Source: Minisyncoccota bacterium
GTDB taxonomy: Bacteria; Patescibacteriota; Minisyncoccia; Phycocordibacterales; UBA6065
Reading direction: 5' to 3'
Assembly: GCA_036400935.1 (NCBI GenBank)
Contig: DASWWW010000001.1
Location: forward strand, 46,096-110,095
Length of the DNA stretch: 64,000 nt
Shown: positions 1-8,275 of the stretch, in pieces
How positions within the stretch are numbered: the stretch's first letter is position 1
How the letters are laid out: each line of letters starts with the position of its first letter
Program-made: the position numbers and the translations under genes
Notes under the pieces: model-generated
The model's input: the letters and a program-made list of their open reading frames with translations, nothing else
What the model was told of the DNA's origin: nothing
Database searches by the model: none

Positions 1-424
1 ACTTGCCGAAGGTAATGACTTCTACCTGGCAGCCGTTCATTTTTAGGTACTCTACGAGCGGCACGAAGTCGCCGTCGCCCGATGCGAGGACTATGACGTC
101 GAGCTTGTCGGCGAGCTTTACCGCGTCGATAGCGAGGCCGACGTCCCAATCAGCCTTCTTTGATCCGGACGAGAAGATCTGAAGATCCTTCGTTTTGGTC
201 TCGATGCCGATCTTGCCGAGCGCTTCGAAGAAGCTTTTCTCCTCTCCCGTCTCGGTGGTGATTACGTACGCGATCGCGCGCACGAGCTGGCGGTCCGCCA
301 ATGCGTCCGCGAGCACGTTCTCGAAGTTAACCCTTCCGTGATGGAGGTTCTTCGCGCTGTGATAGAGGTTCTGCGCGTCGATGAATACCCCGACTCGCTG
401 ATTTGAATGTTTAATTACTGACAT
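1..424 (-). CDS. NYN domain (LabA/DUF88) protein, runs off the window start
   Basis: Manual translation MSVIKHSNQRVGVFIDAQNLYHSAK...KKADWDVGLAIDA...VIVLASGDGDFVPLVEYL shows the NYN acidic motifs; not in the ORF track. Confidence 0.9.
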   Translation of the reverse strand, partial: MSVIKHSNQRVGVFIDAQNLYHSAKNLHHGRVNFENVLADALADRQLVRAIAYVITTETGEEKSFFEALGKIGIETKTKDLQIFSSGSKKADWDVGLAIDAVKLADKLDVIVLASGDGDFVPLVEYLKMNGCQVEVITFGK

Positions 425-540
425 AAAAGTTGCTGTTTAAAATATAAAACTGACTTGTCCCATGCGCTGCTTTGATATGAAAATGTTTCCCCGCAAAGCG
501 AAACGCCTACTTTGTTCAAAAGTAAGGCGTTTCGGTTTGA

Positions 541-810
541 CTACTTCTTCTTGAGGTCGAGCTTCTTTGCGATCTCCGAGTATCGCTTCGGGTGCTTCTT
601 GGCGAGATACTTCATGTGAGTCTGTCGATCGGCTACCATCGCGAGGAGGCCTCGTCGAGAGTGCTTGTCCTTATCGTGCTTCTTGAGGTGCTTTGCAAGT
701 TCCTCGATTCGAGCTGTAAGGAGTCCGATCTGAACTTCCGGAGAACCGGTATCCGTTGCGTGGACGCCGGCGTTCTTAATTACTTTTGTTTTCTTAATCG
801 TTGAAAGCAT
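541..810 (-). CDS. rpsO: 30S ribosomal protein S15
   Basis: DTGSPEVQIGLLT...HLKKHDKDKHSRRGLL motif; start moved to MLSTIKK. Confidence 0.97.
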   Translation of the reverse strand: MLSTIKKTKVIKNAGVHATDTGSPEVQIGLLTARIEELAKHLKKHDKDKHSRRGLLAMVADRQTHMKYLAKKHPKRYSEIAKKLDLKKK

Positions 811-933
811 GGTGTGATACATCTTAGCACATATCGTCTAAAATTGCAAGCCCCTGGCCGTATCTCGGGGAATGGGGCCGCGATTGGTCAAATTTGCTAT
901 AATATTGTGCGACACAGGGCTTCAAAATACATC

Positions 934-1863
934 ATGGCATCACTCAAAGAGCTAAAACAGCAGTTTCTCGAGTACACCGAGATCGAAAAGGGCCGAAGCA
1001 TCAATACGGTCAAGAATTATGATCGTTATTTGTCCCGTTTTGTCAGTTTTCTCAAGAAAGACGATCCGGCGGCCATAACTGACGCGTCCGTACGCGAATT
1101 CCGCCTGTGGCTTAACCGCCAGTCTACGGGAAACAATGCCAAAACCGGCGAAACCCTTAAAAAGAAGACCCAGAACTACTATCTGATCGCGCTGCGTGCG
1201 TTTCTCAAGTATTTGGCTCGCCAAGGAGTTAAATCGCTCGCGCCGGAGCGTATCGAGCTTGCCAAGGTGGGCGAGAGGCATATCGAATTCATGACGGATC
1301 AGGAGCTGCATAGGCTTTTGGAGGCTCCGAATGGCAGCGATTTGAAGAGCTTGCGCGATAGGGCCTTGCTTGCGACCCTGTTTTCTACCGGTTTGCGCGT
1401 CTCCGAGCTGTGCTCGCTGCCTCGGGATATAGATTTGTCCGTAGACGAGATGTCTATTCGCGGAAAAGGCGACAAGGTGCGCGTGGTTTTCTGGTCGGAT
1501 ACTGCGAAAAAGGCTGTAAAGGAGTACTTGGATAAGCGCGACGACATGGATGACATGCTTTTCGTAAAGGTTTCACTGGAAAAGCGGAACGGCGGTGACT
1601 CTTTGCCGCTGACCACCCGTTCCGTCGAACGAATAGTGAAACACTATGCCACAAAGGCTGGAATCGTATCGAAAAGGGTTACTCCGCACGTTATTCGCCA
1701 CTCATTTGCTACCGATCTGCTGTCTAACGGCGCCGATTTGCGCTCTGTGCAGGCTCTGCTTGGCCACGCAAACATCGGAACGACGCAGATTTACACCCAT
1801 GTAACCGACAAACATCTGCGGAACATACATAAGCAGTTTCACAACAAGAAGGGCAAGGAGTAA
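934..1863 (+). CDS. XerC/XerD-like tyrosine recombinase
   Basis: RDRALLATLFSTGLRVSEL, GKGDK, TPHVIRHSFAT, LLGH and TTQIYTH give the full R-K-H-R-H-Y catalytic set. Confidence 0.93.
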   Translation: MASLKELKQQFLEYTEIEKGRSINTVKNYDRYLSRFVSFLKKDDPAAITDASVREFRLWLNRQSTGNNAKTGETLKKKTQNYYLIALRAFLKYLARQGVKSLAPERIELAKVGERHIEFMTDQELHRLLEAPNGSDLKSLRDRALLATLFSTGLRVSELCSLPRDIDLSVDEMSIRGKGDKVRVVFWSDTAKKAVKEYLDKRDDMDDMLFVKVSLEKRNGGDSLPLTTRSVERIVKHYATKAGIVSKRVTPHVIRHSFATDLLSNGADLRSVQALLGHANIGTTQIYTHVTDKHLRNIHKQFHNKKGKE

Positions 1864-1873
1864 TCTTTCGAGT

Positions 1874-1931
1874 GCACGCATATCCGCCTGCTGGCGGATT
1901 GCTCCGCTCGCGCCGTCGCGCTGCGCGAGGC
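1874..1931. repeat. 58-nt two-hairpin repeat, copy 1 (copy 2 at 22828..22885)
   Basis: GCACGCA-hairpin-TGCTCCGCTC-hairpin-TG(C/T)GCGAGGC is shared, with compensatory stem changes. Confidence 0.75.
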
Positions 1932-1971
1932 ATCTCAAGACTATTTCTTGCCCCTTTGTTATGATTGCGAC

Positions 1972-2772
1972 ATGAAAATCATCGCTTGGAACGTTAACGG
2001 CATTCGCGCCAATATCAAAAAAGGTGCATTTGATTGGCTCTTGCAGCAGAAGGCGGATATTTTCTGCCTTCAGGAAACAAAGGCCGAGCCTTCGCAGTTG
2101 CCGGCAGAAGTCGTTACGCCGTTTGGCTATAAATCGTATTTCGACCACTCAAAGGGCCGTAAAGGATATAGCGGCGTGGCTATATATGTAAAAATCACTC
2201 ACGTTCCTTTGATTTCGAAAGTCGAATACGGTTTCGGATTGCCTGAATTAGATCAGGAAGGCCGTCAGATAAGCTTGTTTTTCAATACAAAAGCCGAAAA
2301 ACCCAATTTCTGCCTCATAAATACTTATTTCCCTAATGGCGGCGGCGGTCCTGAGCGACTGGCTTACAAATTGCGATATTATGACGCTTTTTTGACATAT
2401 ATAGAGAAGATTCGGAAGCAGGGCTATGAAATCGTCTTTACTGGCGACGTTAATACTGCCCATACCGAGATCGATCTTGCCCGGCCAAAGGAGAACATTG
2501 AGAACACAGGCTTCCTTCCTATCGAGCGGGCCTGGATAGACAGAGTTCTGGCGGCAAAATATATCGACACCTATCGCGCGGCAAATCCGGGAAAGACAGG
2601 CGCGTATACCTACTGGGACATGAAAACTTTTGCGCGAGAAAGGAATGTCGGATGGCGCATAGATTACTTTTTTGTAAGTGAAAACCTCTCGAAAAAAATC
2701 AAAAAAGCAGAAATTTTTTCCGATGTGCTCGGATCCGACCATTGTCCGATCGGTCTAGATGTCTCTTTGTAG
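1972..2772 (+). CDS. xth: exodeoxyribonuclease III / AP endonuclease
   Basis: MKIIAWNVNGIRA, CLQETK, GDVNTAH, GWRIDYFF and GSDHCP motifs. Confidence 0.96.
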   Translation: MKIIAWNVNGIRANIKKGAFDWLLQQKADIFCLQETKAEPSQLPAEVVTPFGYKSYFDHSKGRKGYSGVAIYVKITHVPLISKVEYGFGLPELDQEGRQISLFFNTKAEKPNFCLINTYFPNGGGGPERLAYKLRYYDAFLTYIEKIRKQGYEIVFTGDVNTAHTEIDLARPKENIENTGFLPIERAWIDRVLAAKYIDTYRAANPGKTGAYTYWDMKTFARERNVGWRIDYFFVSENLSKKIKKAEIFSDVLGSDHCPIGLDVSL

Positions 2773-2817
2773 AGCCGTTTTTCAAATTGTCTTTTATAAA
2801 GGACAAAAGAAAAATAG

Positions 2818-2826
2818 TTATCCACA
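2818..2826 (+). promoter_or_regulatory. perfect DnaA box TTATCCACA
   Basis: Exact consensus match in an AT-rich intergenic region. Confidence 0.6.
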
Positions 2827-2868
2827 ACTAATGTCCTTTACATGTCTTTTATGGTTGATATTATTATC

Positions 2869-3292
2869 CCAGACCAGAAAAGATTTCTTCTCTTAGAAAA
2901 ATCCGGATCTGGAAAATGGTTCCTTCAAATAGTCGGTAATCGTTTAAGGTTTGGTCAAAACGTCAGTTAAGTTGTTATGTGTTTCTTCGCGGTGCTCAAC
3001 AATGTGTGCTTGAATCTCGAGCATAGATTGTTGAGCCTCGGAAGTCTCTCGCGTAACACGCGAGTCCTTCTCGGACTCAATATTGTGAGTATGCGACTCC
3101 TTAGGCGAACGTAGAGTTCACGCCTTCAATAAGGCACTAAATCATAGAATTTCGGCCCTCTATATGTTGGCCCTTTCTCCACGTTCACCCCAAGTAGTCC
3201 GTATTTACGAGCCGCTCGTGCATTTAGCCGGGCGGTTATTTGTACCCAAAAATCCGACGAATTCAACAAAAACGGCTCAATAAGGCCGTTTT
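2869..3292 (+). ncRNA. candidate large structured non-coding RNA, family unknown
   Basis: Lies between convergent xth and cca; extended -10 TGATATTAT at 2856-2864; at least six hairpins, some with G-U pairs favouring the + strand; terminator at about 3269-3292. Confidence 0.45.
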
Positions 3293-3299
3293 ATCTTGC

Positions 3300-4796
3300 C
3301 TACTTTACGCCGTGCTTTCCGCGTATCTTTGCTATCTCGTCCTCCTCCGCCTTCATTTTCTTGTCCTTCCCTACTGCCGCGCGCTTTTTGAGGTCCTCGT
3401 CTGGCAGTTTCATAAGCTCCAAAGTCTGTCCTTCTAGATATTCGGCCGTGTTGAGTTTTGGATTTTCCAATACTTCTTCAAGAAGAGCATTCAGAATAAG
3501 ACCGATCTTTGGATTTGGAGGCATTTTGCTCACTTCCATGATTTTCTTGCCGTCTATTTTGAGCATTCCTACGGAGATCGGGTCGCGGAGGGCTTCTTCA
3601 ATCATGGCTTTGTATTTGCGTAGTCGATATGGATTCTCCTTTGGTCGGCCGGTGCCGATACGATCGCAGATGCGGACGTTCATAAGATTCCAGATGTGCT
3701 CCTTCCCTACGTTGGCGACCATACGACGTACGGCCGAGAGCGTTATTTGTTCCGTGTCCGAGAAAAACATGTGCCAACGAACGAGTTTCACGACGTTTTC
3801 GACAGTTTTTGTTGGGAAATTGAGGTTTCTTAGGATCTTTTCGGTCATTCGGGCGCCAACCACCTCGTGTCCGTAGAACGTGAACTGATTGGTTTCACGT
3901 GAAAAGCGTCGTGTCGCGGGCTTGCCGATGTCATGAAACAGCGCAGCGAGACGGATTTCGAGGGGATATTTCTTGTCTGCCGAATGCTGAAGCGTTCGCA
4001 GCAAATGCTCCCAAACATCGTATGAATGGGCCTGGTTCTGCTCTACGCCGTAGCTTTCCTCCAATTCCCTTGCAATGAACGGGACAATTCCCAATTCACG
4101 GCACATCATAAGGGCATTCATGGGCGTATCGGACATGAGAATGCGTACAAATTCGTCTCGGACACGCTCCTTGGCTATATGGGCCAAAAGCGGCGCATGG
4201 GTTTTGAGGGCCTCCAGAGTACCCTTTTCTATCGCAAAGCCCAGTTCGGCCGCAATACGGATGGCACGCATAATGCGCAAGGCGTCCTCGGAGAGGCGCT
4301 CGTGAGCGTCTCCAACCGTTCGTATAAGGCCGTCTTTGATGTCTGTTTGCCCGTTAAACAGGTCGATCATGTTTCCTGTGAAACTTCCCTCTCGTTCATC
4401 CTCAAGCTTCAATGCCAGGGCGTTTATCGTGAAATCGCGCCGCTTGAGATCGTCCTCAATGTTCTTGCTAAAGGACACAGCATCTGGACGTCGCTTGTCT
4501 GTATATGCTGATTCGAGTCGGAATGGGGTTACTTCGACCGTCTTGAGCCTTTCATCAGTAGCGAGATCGTTTACCACGCCGACCGTGCCGTATGAGTTTT
4601 CGTAGAACGTGTGCGGAAACACGGCAATGATCTGTTCGGGAGTCGCATCGGTCGTAACATCCCAGTCCTTTGGCTCCCTGCCGATTATGAGATCTCGGAC
4701 GCAGCCGCCTACCAGATATGCTTTAAAACCCTTATTTTCGAGGGTTTTCGTTACTTGTGAAACTTCAACGGGAACGATAAATGAAGCTTTTGCCAT
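3300..4796 (-). CDS. cca: CCA tRNA nucleotidyltransferase with HD domain
   Basis: YLVGGCVRD, DWDVTT, DLKRRDFTINA, EDALRIMRA and LFHDIGK motifs. Confidence 0.95.
   Translation of the reverse strand: MAKASFIVPVEVSQVTKTLENKGFKAYLVGGCVRDLIIGREPKDWDVTTDATPEQIIAVFPHTFYENSYGTVGVVNDLATDERLKTVEVTPFRLESAYTDKRRPDAVSFSKNIEDDLKRRDFTINALALKLEDEREGSFTGNMIDLFNGQTDIKDGLIRTVGDAHERLSEDALRIMRAIRIAAELGFAIEKGTLEALKTHAPLLAHIAKERVRDEFVRILMSDTPMNALMMCRELGIVPFIARELEESYGVEQNQAHSYDVWEHLLRTLQHSADKKYPLEIRLAALFHDIGKPATRRFSRETNQFTFYGHEVVGARMTEKILRNLNFPTKTVENVVKLVRWHMFFSDTEQITLSAVRRMVANVGKEHIWNLMNVRICDRIGTGRPKENPYRLRKYKAMIEEALRDPISVGMLKIDGKKIMEVSKMPPNPKIGLILNALLEEVLENPKLNTAEYLEGQTLELMKLPDEDLKKRAAVGKDKKMKAEEDEIAKIRGKHGVK
3891..3906. 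promoter_or_regulatory. parS-like site inside cca
   Basis: GGTTTCACGTGAAAAG with a perfect 12-bp palindromic core; compare parS consensus TGTTNCACGTGAAACA. Confidence 0.55.
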
Positions 4797-4833
4797 ATTT
4801 TAGTGGGACTAAACCCTATTTTAGACCGACAAG

Positions 4834-4908
4834 TGGTGCTCCCGGAGGGATTCGAACCCCCAACAACGGTTCCGAAGACCGGTATGATATCCATTTCACT
4901 ACGGGAGC
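4834..4908 (-). tRNA. tRNA-Arg(TCG), CCA encoded
   Basis: Cloverleaf GCTCCCG...CT-TCG-GA...GGTTCGAATCC...CGGGAGC-A-CCA. Confidence 0.93.
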
Positions 4909-4998
4909 GCTGACTTATCATACGCGAAACTCAATATAAATCAAAAGATTTCAAAAAAACTTTGAGTTTATATCGGTTTAGTGTATATTAATTCCACT

Positions 4999-5069
4999 GC
5001 GGGTATCGTTTAGTGGTAGGACACGTCCTTGCCAAGGATGAGGTGAGAGTTCGATTCTCTCTACCCGCA
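4999..5069 (+). tRNA. tRNA-Gly(GCC)
   Basis: GCGGGTA...CGTCC-TTGCCAA-GGATG...GTTCGATT...TACCCGC-A. Confidence 0.93.
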
Positions 5070-5074
5070 CAGGT

Positions 5075-5110
5075 AAACAAAAGCGCCCTTCTCTCGGGCG
5101 CTTTTGTTTT
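5075..5110 (+). terminator. intrinsic terminator after tRNA-Gly(GCC)
   Basis: AAACAAAAGCGCCC-loop-GGGCGCTTTTGTTT. Confidence 0.8.
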
Positions 5111-5233
5111 GTCTAAAGGTATTGTGACGGACCAATTGTCTTAGACATTACAATTCTTTTTTATCAAATATTCCTTTAGACCTTGAGATAAATTTTTTAT
5201 AAAACGGCGTCAGATAAGGATTTTTGTACAAAC

Positions 5234-5408
5234 TGTGGATAACTCTGGGGATAGTGTTTAAAAGACAGGTCTTTTTAAGGGCGGGTTTTCATGTCTTTTG
5301 TCCTTATAACCGCTTAACTGAGCCATTCTTCTGAAACCACGGTTCACTAACACAGAAATCCACAGTTTTGTTACATATGTAACATAATAATTGGTTTCAT
5401 GTGAAATT
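5234..5408. promoter_or_regulatory. DnaA box (5234-5242) plus two parS-like palindromes (5369-5384, 5393-5408)
   Basis: TGTGGATAA; perfect palindrome TGTTACATATGTAACA; GGTTTCATGTGAAATT; AT-rich context. Confidence 0.6.
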
Positions 5409-5457
5409 GATCTGTTATTTATGATTGCTTTATCTATGTTTTGCCATGATTATGGCT

Positions 5458-5835
5458 ATGAAAAGATTTACCTCAGCAAAACAAAAGATTGGTGAAAGGG
5501 GCGAGGCAATGGTTTGTATGCATCTTGAAAAACAGGATTACACGATCATTGAGCGCAATTTCACAAGAAAATGCGGAGAAATAGACATAATTGCTGGCAA
5601 GAATGGAATTACACACTTTATTGAGGTGAAGAGCGTTACACGTGAAAGCCAGTTCGGCCGACCGGAAGATAATATGCATAGTTTCAAGCAAAGGAAGTTC
5701 GCTCGAACGGTTAGGATGTATCTGGCATATAGGAAAGTAGGGCAATGGCAGTGCGATCTGGCTTGTGTCCTTTTGAATGACAAGGAGCGTAAGGCGGAAA
5801 TACGCATGATTCTGGATATAATCCTCGAAAATTAG
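5458..5835 (+). CDS. yraN: YraN/UPF0102 PD-(D/E)XK nuclease family protein
   Basis: IGERGE, IIERNF, GEIDII and HFIEVKS motifs. Confidence 0.9.
   Translation: MKRFTSAKQKIGERGEAMVCMHLEKQDYTIIERNFTRKCGEIDIIAGKNGITHFIEVKSVTRESQFGRPEDNMHSFKQRKFARTVRMYLAYRKVGQWQCDLACVLLNDKERKAEIRMILDIILEN
5634..5649. promoter_or_regulatory. parS-like site inside yraN
   Basis: CGTTACACGTGAAAGC. Confidence 0.55.
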
Positions 5836-5880
5836 ATTTTTACCGACATTGTGCTAGTATGTGAAAGCTCACAAGAGTTT

Positions 5881-5953
5881 CGGGGCGTGGTGTAACGGCT
5901 AACATGCTTCACTTGGGATGAAGTGACTCCGGGTTCGAATCCCGGCGCCCCGA
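5881..5953 (+). tRNA. tRNA-Pro(TGG)
   Basis: CGGGGCG...CTTCA-CTTGGGA-TGAAG...GGTTCGAATCC...CGCCCCG-A. Confidence 0.93.
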
Positions 5954-6114
5954 CAAAATGAAAAACCGCACATGTGCGGTTTTTCATTTTGTCGGGGCGA
6001 GCGCGTCCAGAGGACGTGCGACCGGGATTCGAAAAGGTTTTCCCATATTTTCGAGCTTTCCAAGCGAGAAAATGGGAAACCTGTACTGGTCCTGTAAGGA
6101 CCGAATCCCGGCCC
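5946..6114. repeat. nested inverted-repeat element including an antisense copy of the tRNA-Pro 3' end
   Basis: 54-bp perfect palindrome at 5946-5999, then CCGGGATTCGAA (antisense T-arm) and further hairpins closed by CGAATCCCGG. Confidence 0.7.
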
Positions 6115-6148
6115 TGTCTTTTTTCTTTGTTTTGCATAGACTGTATCT

Positions 6149-6472
6149 ATGGACTCCAAAAAATTCACCCGCACTATAGAGGATTTCACGTGCGGCAACT
6201 GCGGCCTTGAGGTGAAGGGCAACGGCTATACCAATCATTGTCCTAAATGCCTCTGGTCAAAGCATGTCGACAAGAATCCCGGGGACAGACTCGAGGAATG
6301 CGGCGGATTGATGAAGCCGATCGCGATCGCCAAGGAGGGAAAAGATTTCGTGATCACTCACAGGTGCCTTCGGTGTGGTTTCGAGCGCCGCAAGAAGGTG
6401 GAGGAGGGCGATGACTTTGATGCGGTTATCAAAATATCGTCAAGCGCGGACGACAGCGCAACAAAAAAGTAG
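6149..6472 (+). CDS. RNHCP domain zinc-finger protein
   Basis: FTCGNCG...TNHCPKCLWSKHVD..PGDR...CGGLM...HRCLRCG. Confidence 0.92.
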   Translation: MDSKKFTRTIEDFTCGNCGLEVKGNGYTNHCPKCLWSKHVDKNPGDRLEECGGLMKPIAIAKEGKDFVITHRCLRCGFERRKKVEEGDDFDAVIKISSSADDSATKK

Positions 6473-6742
6473 AATTGACGGGATTTGCTACTGTGTCGAA
6501 ATTTGTTGGGGGTCTGAAAGAAAATTACCTGCCAATACGCTCCAATAGCCAATATTTCGATCGAGAAAAGTAAACGCGTCGAAAGTCGATTTGTGTCAAA
6601 TTTCTGAGAGTATTTTGACAGTACAAAACGGCTGTATCGCTTCGGTGGCGCGCTGGTGTTCGGGTGTATGCTAAATATACGAAAGAGGGCGAAAGCTTTC
6701 TTTCGGAAAAGATCTTTTACCAAAGATAATAAAAATACACCT

Positions 6743-6811
6743 ATGAAATTCTCAGATCAGCCAAAGCCAGACCAGAAGCCTCGACCAGACCAGAAGCCGC
6801 CACAGCAGTAA
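6743..6811 (+). CDS. putative 22-aa Pro/Gln-rich micro-peptide MKFSDQPKPDQKPRPDQKPPQQ
   Basis: ATG to TAA with an internal PDQKP repeat, followed by a strong terminator at about 6823-6860. Confidence 0.35.
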   Translation: MKFSDQPKPDQKPRPDQKPPQQ

Positions 6812-6853
6812 ACTAATTTATGAAAAACGGCGTCGCGATTGCTCGCGACGCCG

Positions 6854-6973
6854 TTTTTTGCTACTATCGCTTAGCACTAGTAGGGAACAGGCGGCACATA
6901 TGCGGGCGTGGTTTAATGGTAGAACGATTGCCTTCCAAGCAGTACGTCCGGGTTCGATTCCCGGCGCCCGCAC
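6854..6973 (+). repeat. 120-bp exact direct repeat, copy 1 (upstream sequence + tRNA-Gly); copy 2 at 11065..11184
   Basis: Base-by-base identity at offset 4211. Confidence 0.95.
6902..6972 (+). tRNA. tRNA-Gly(TCC), copy 1 (no encoded CCA)
   Basis: GCGGGCG...ATTGC-CTTCCAA-GCAGT...GGTTCGATTCC...CGCCCGC-A. Confidence 0.93.
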
Positions 6974-7081
6974 AAACTCAAAAACTCCTATTTTATATGG
7001 CTTTCCAGAGCCGAGGAATTTTTGGTTAGAACCTCATAATAAAAAGAAGTTCCTTGTGAGAAACTTCTTATTGAATGGAGT

Positions 7082-7297
7082 CTAGTCATCCATAAACGGC
7101 CAAATATAATTATTGTTTCCTGCTGCGCCGCCAACCGCCCTTTCCGAGCGTCTGTGGGCTTCAGCACACGGCAGACCGGTTTCATCCATGATTCGTGCCG
7201 TTTCTTCTTGTCTTCTGGTTTCATAAGCCGACATCTGATGTTTGATTAGTTCATCATGACGATCAGCTAAACTTTTTAGTTTTTTCTTTTTTGACAT
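7082..7297 (-). CDS. small hypothetical protein
   Basis: 71-aa ORF inside the islet, divergent from the TrmB-like gene. Confidence 0.5.
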   Translation of the reverse strand: MSKKKKLKSLADRHDELIKHQMSAYETRRQEETARIMDETGLPCAEAHRRSERAVGGAAGNNNYIWPFMDD

Positions 7298-7436
7298 TGT
7301 TAACCTTTCCTAAAGTAATCTACAAAACCTTTTCTTGAACTTTAAGTAAAAAAAGTGAAATTCAAAATAGTGGCTAATACAATAGTTATTTTGTAAAAAA
7401 GTTGACAAAAATATTGTCATAAACAATATTGATAGT

Positions 7437-8225
7437 ATGAAATTACAAAAAGCAGAATTATCTTTTTTAAATCTTTCGAGCTTAGAGGCAAAAATACTGC
7501 AGACTATGTCTCCTGATGTTTCATTTACCGTAAGTGAGCTGTCGAGAGAAATTAAATTTCCAAGGACTTCCGTAGGTTTCACTTTAAATAGGTTAAAGTA
7601 TCGTGGCTTTGTAAAAAAAATTGGGGTTAAGAAACATACGGAATGGCGAGTCATTGCGATTGATTCCTTAGCCTCGAGGCTCCAATCTATTTCTCACCGG
7701 TTAAGTATCGATGAAGATAACAATAGAAGAAACAATTTATTTGTAAAAATCGGCTACGGTCAAGAGGGTTTCAAGAGGGCATATGAAAAGATGCTTCAAA
7801 TCCAATGTGACCGAGTTTACTTTATACAAGGCAATAAAGCGGCAGAAGCTGGTCTAAAAAAGATCAATTTTAGCTACTATGCTGATTTTCATAAAAAATT
7901 ACGGAAAAAAGACATCGTAATGGAGGCAATAGCAGGAGAAAGTATCTTGAAACGTCTAGAAAATCTGAGTAAAGAAGAGATAAGGGCACACAAAGATCGC
8001 CTAATCATTACTTACTTAATACCCGATCAATATATAGATTTCGATGTAGATATAATCATGTTAAATAAGCATCTGATTATTGTAGATCCCGTGAATGAAA
8101 TCTCACTTACAATAAATGAAGCTTCCATTTCGAAAGCTTTCCAGATAATATTTATTGGCCTTGCATCATTGGGAAGAAAATTCGATTTAAATGCTTTTAT
8201 AAGAGGTTCCAATTTCATTCACTAA
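7437..8225 (+). CDS. TrmB-like wHTH transcriptional regulator
   Basis: N-terminal wHTH (SELSREIKFPRTSVGFTLNRLKYRGFV), C-terminal effector-like domain (YGQEGFKRAYE). Confidence 0.75.
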   Translation: MKLQKAELSFLNLSSLEAKILQTMSPDVSFTVSELSREIKFPRTSVGFTLNRLKYRGFVKKIGVKKHTEWRVIAIDSLASRLQSISHRLSIDEDNNRRNNLFVKIGYGQEGFKRAYEKMLQIQCDRVYFIQGNKAAEAGLKKINFSYYADFHKKLRKKDIVMEAIAGESILKRLENLSKEEIRAHKDRLIITYLIPDQYIDFDVDIIMLNKHLIIVDPVNEISLTINEASISKAFQIIFIGLASLGRKFDLNAFIRGSNFIH

Positions 8226-8275
8226 TCTGCACCAACAAATGAAAAATCCCCGGAAGGGGATTTTTCGTTGCGATC

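Larger units (their letters stand above)
6974..8232. mobile_element. AT-rich 1.26-kb islet inserted at the tRNA-Gly 3' end (no integrase)
   Basis: GCAC at both ends; 8229-8271 matches the native tRNA tail and terminator at 11181-11223 at 41/43 nt. Confidence 0.75.

Noticed and set aside
934-1863. Recombinase as a prophage or island integrase
   Set aside because: Sequence is XerC/D-like, it is flanked by housekeeping genes, and I saw no att repeats, phage genes or clear dif site nearby
2869-3292. RNase P RNA, tmRNA or group I intron
   Set aside because: I could not find GAGGAAAGTCC, tRNA-like ends or correctly ordered P7 elements on either strand
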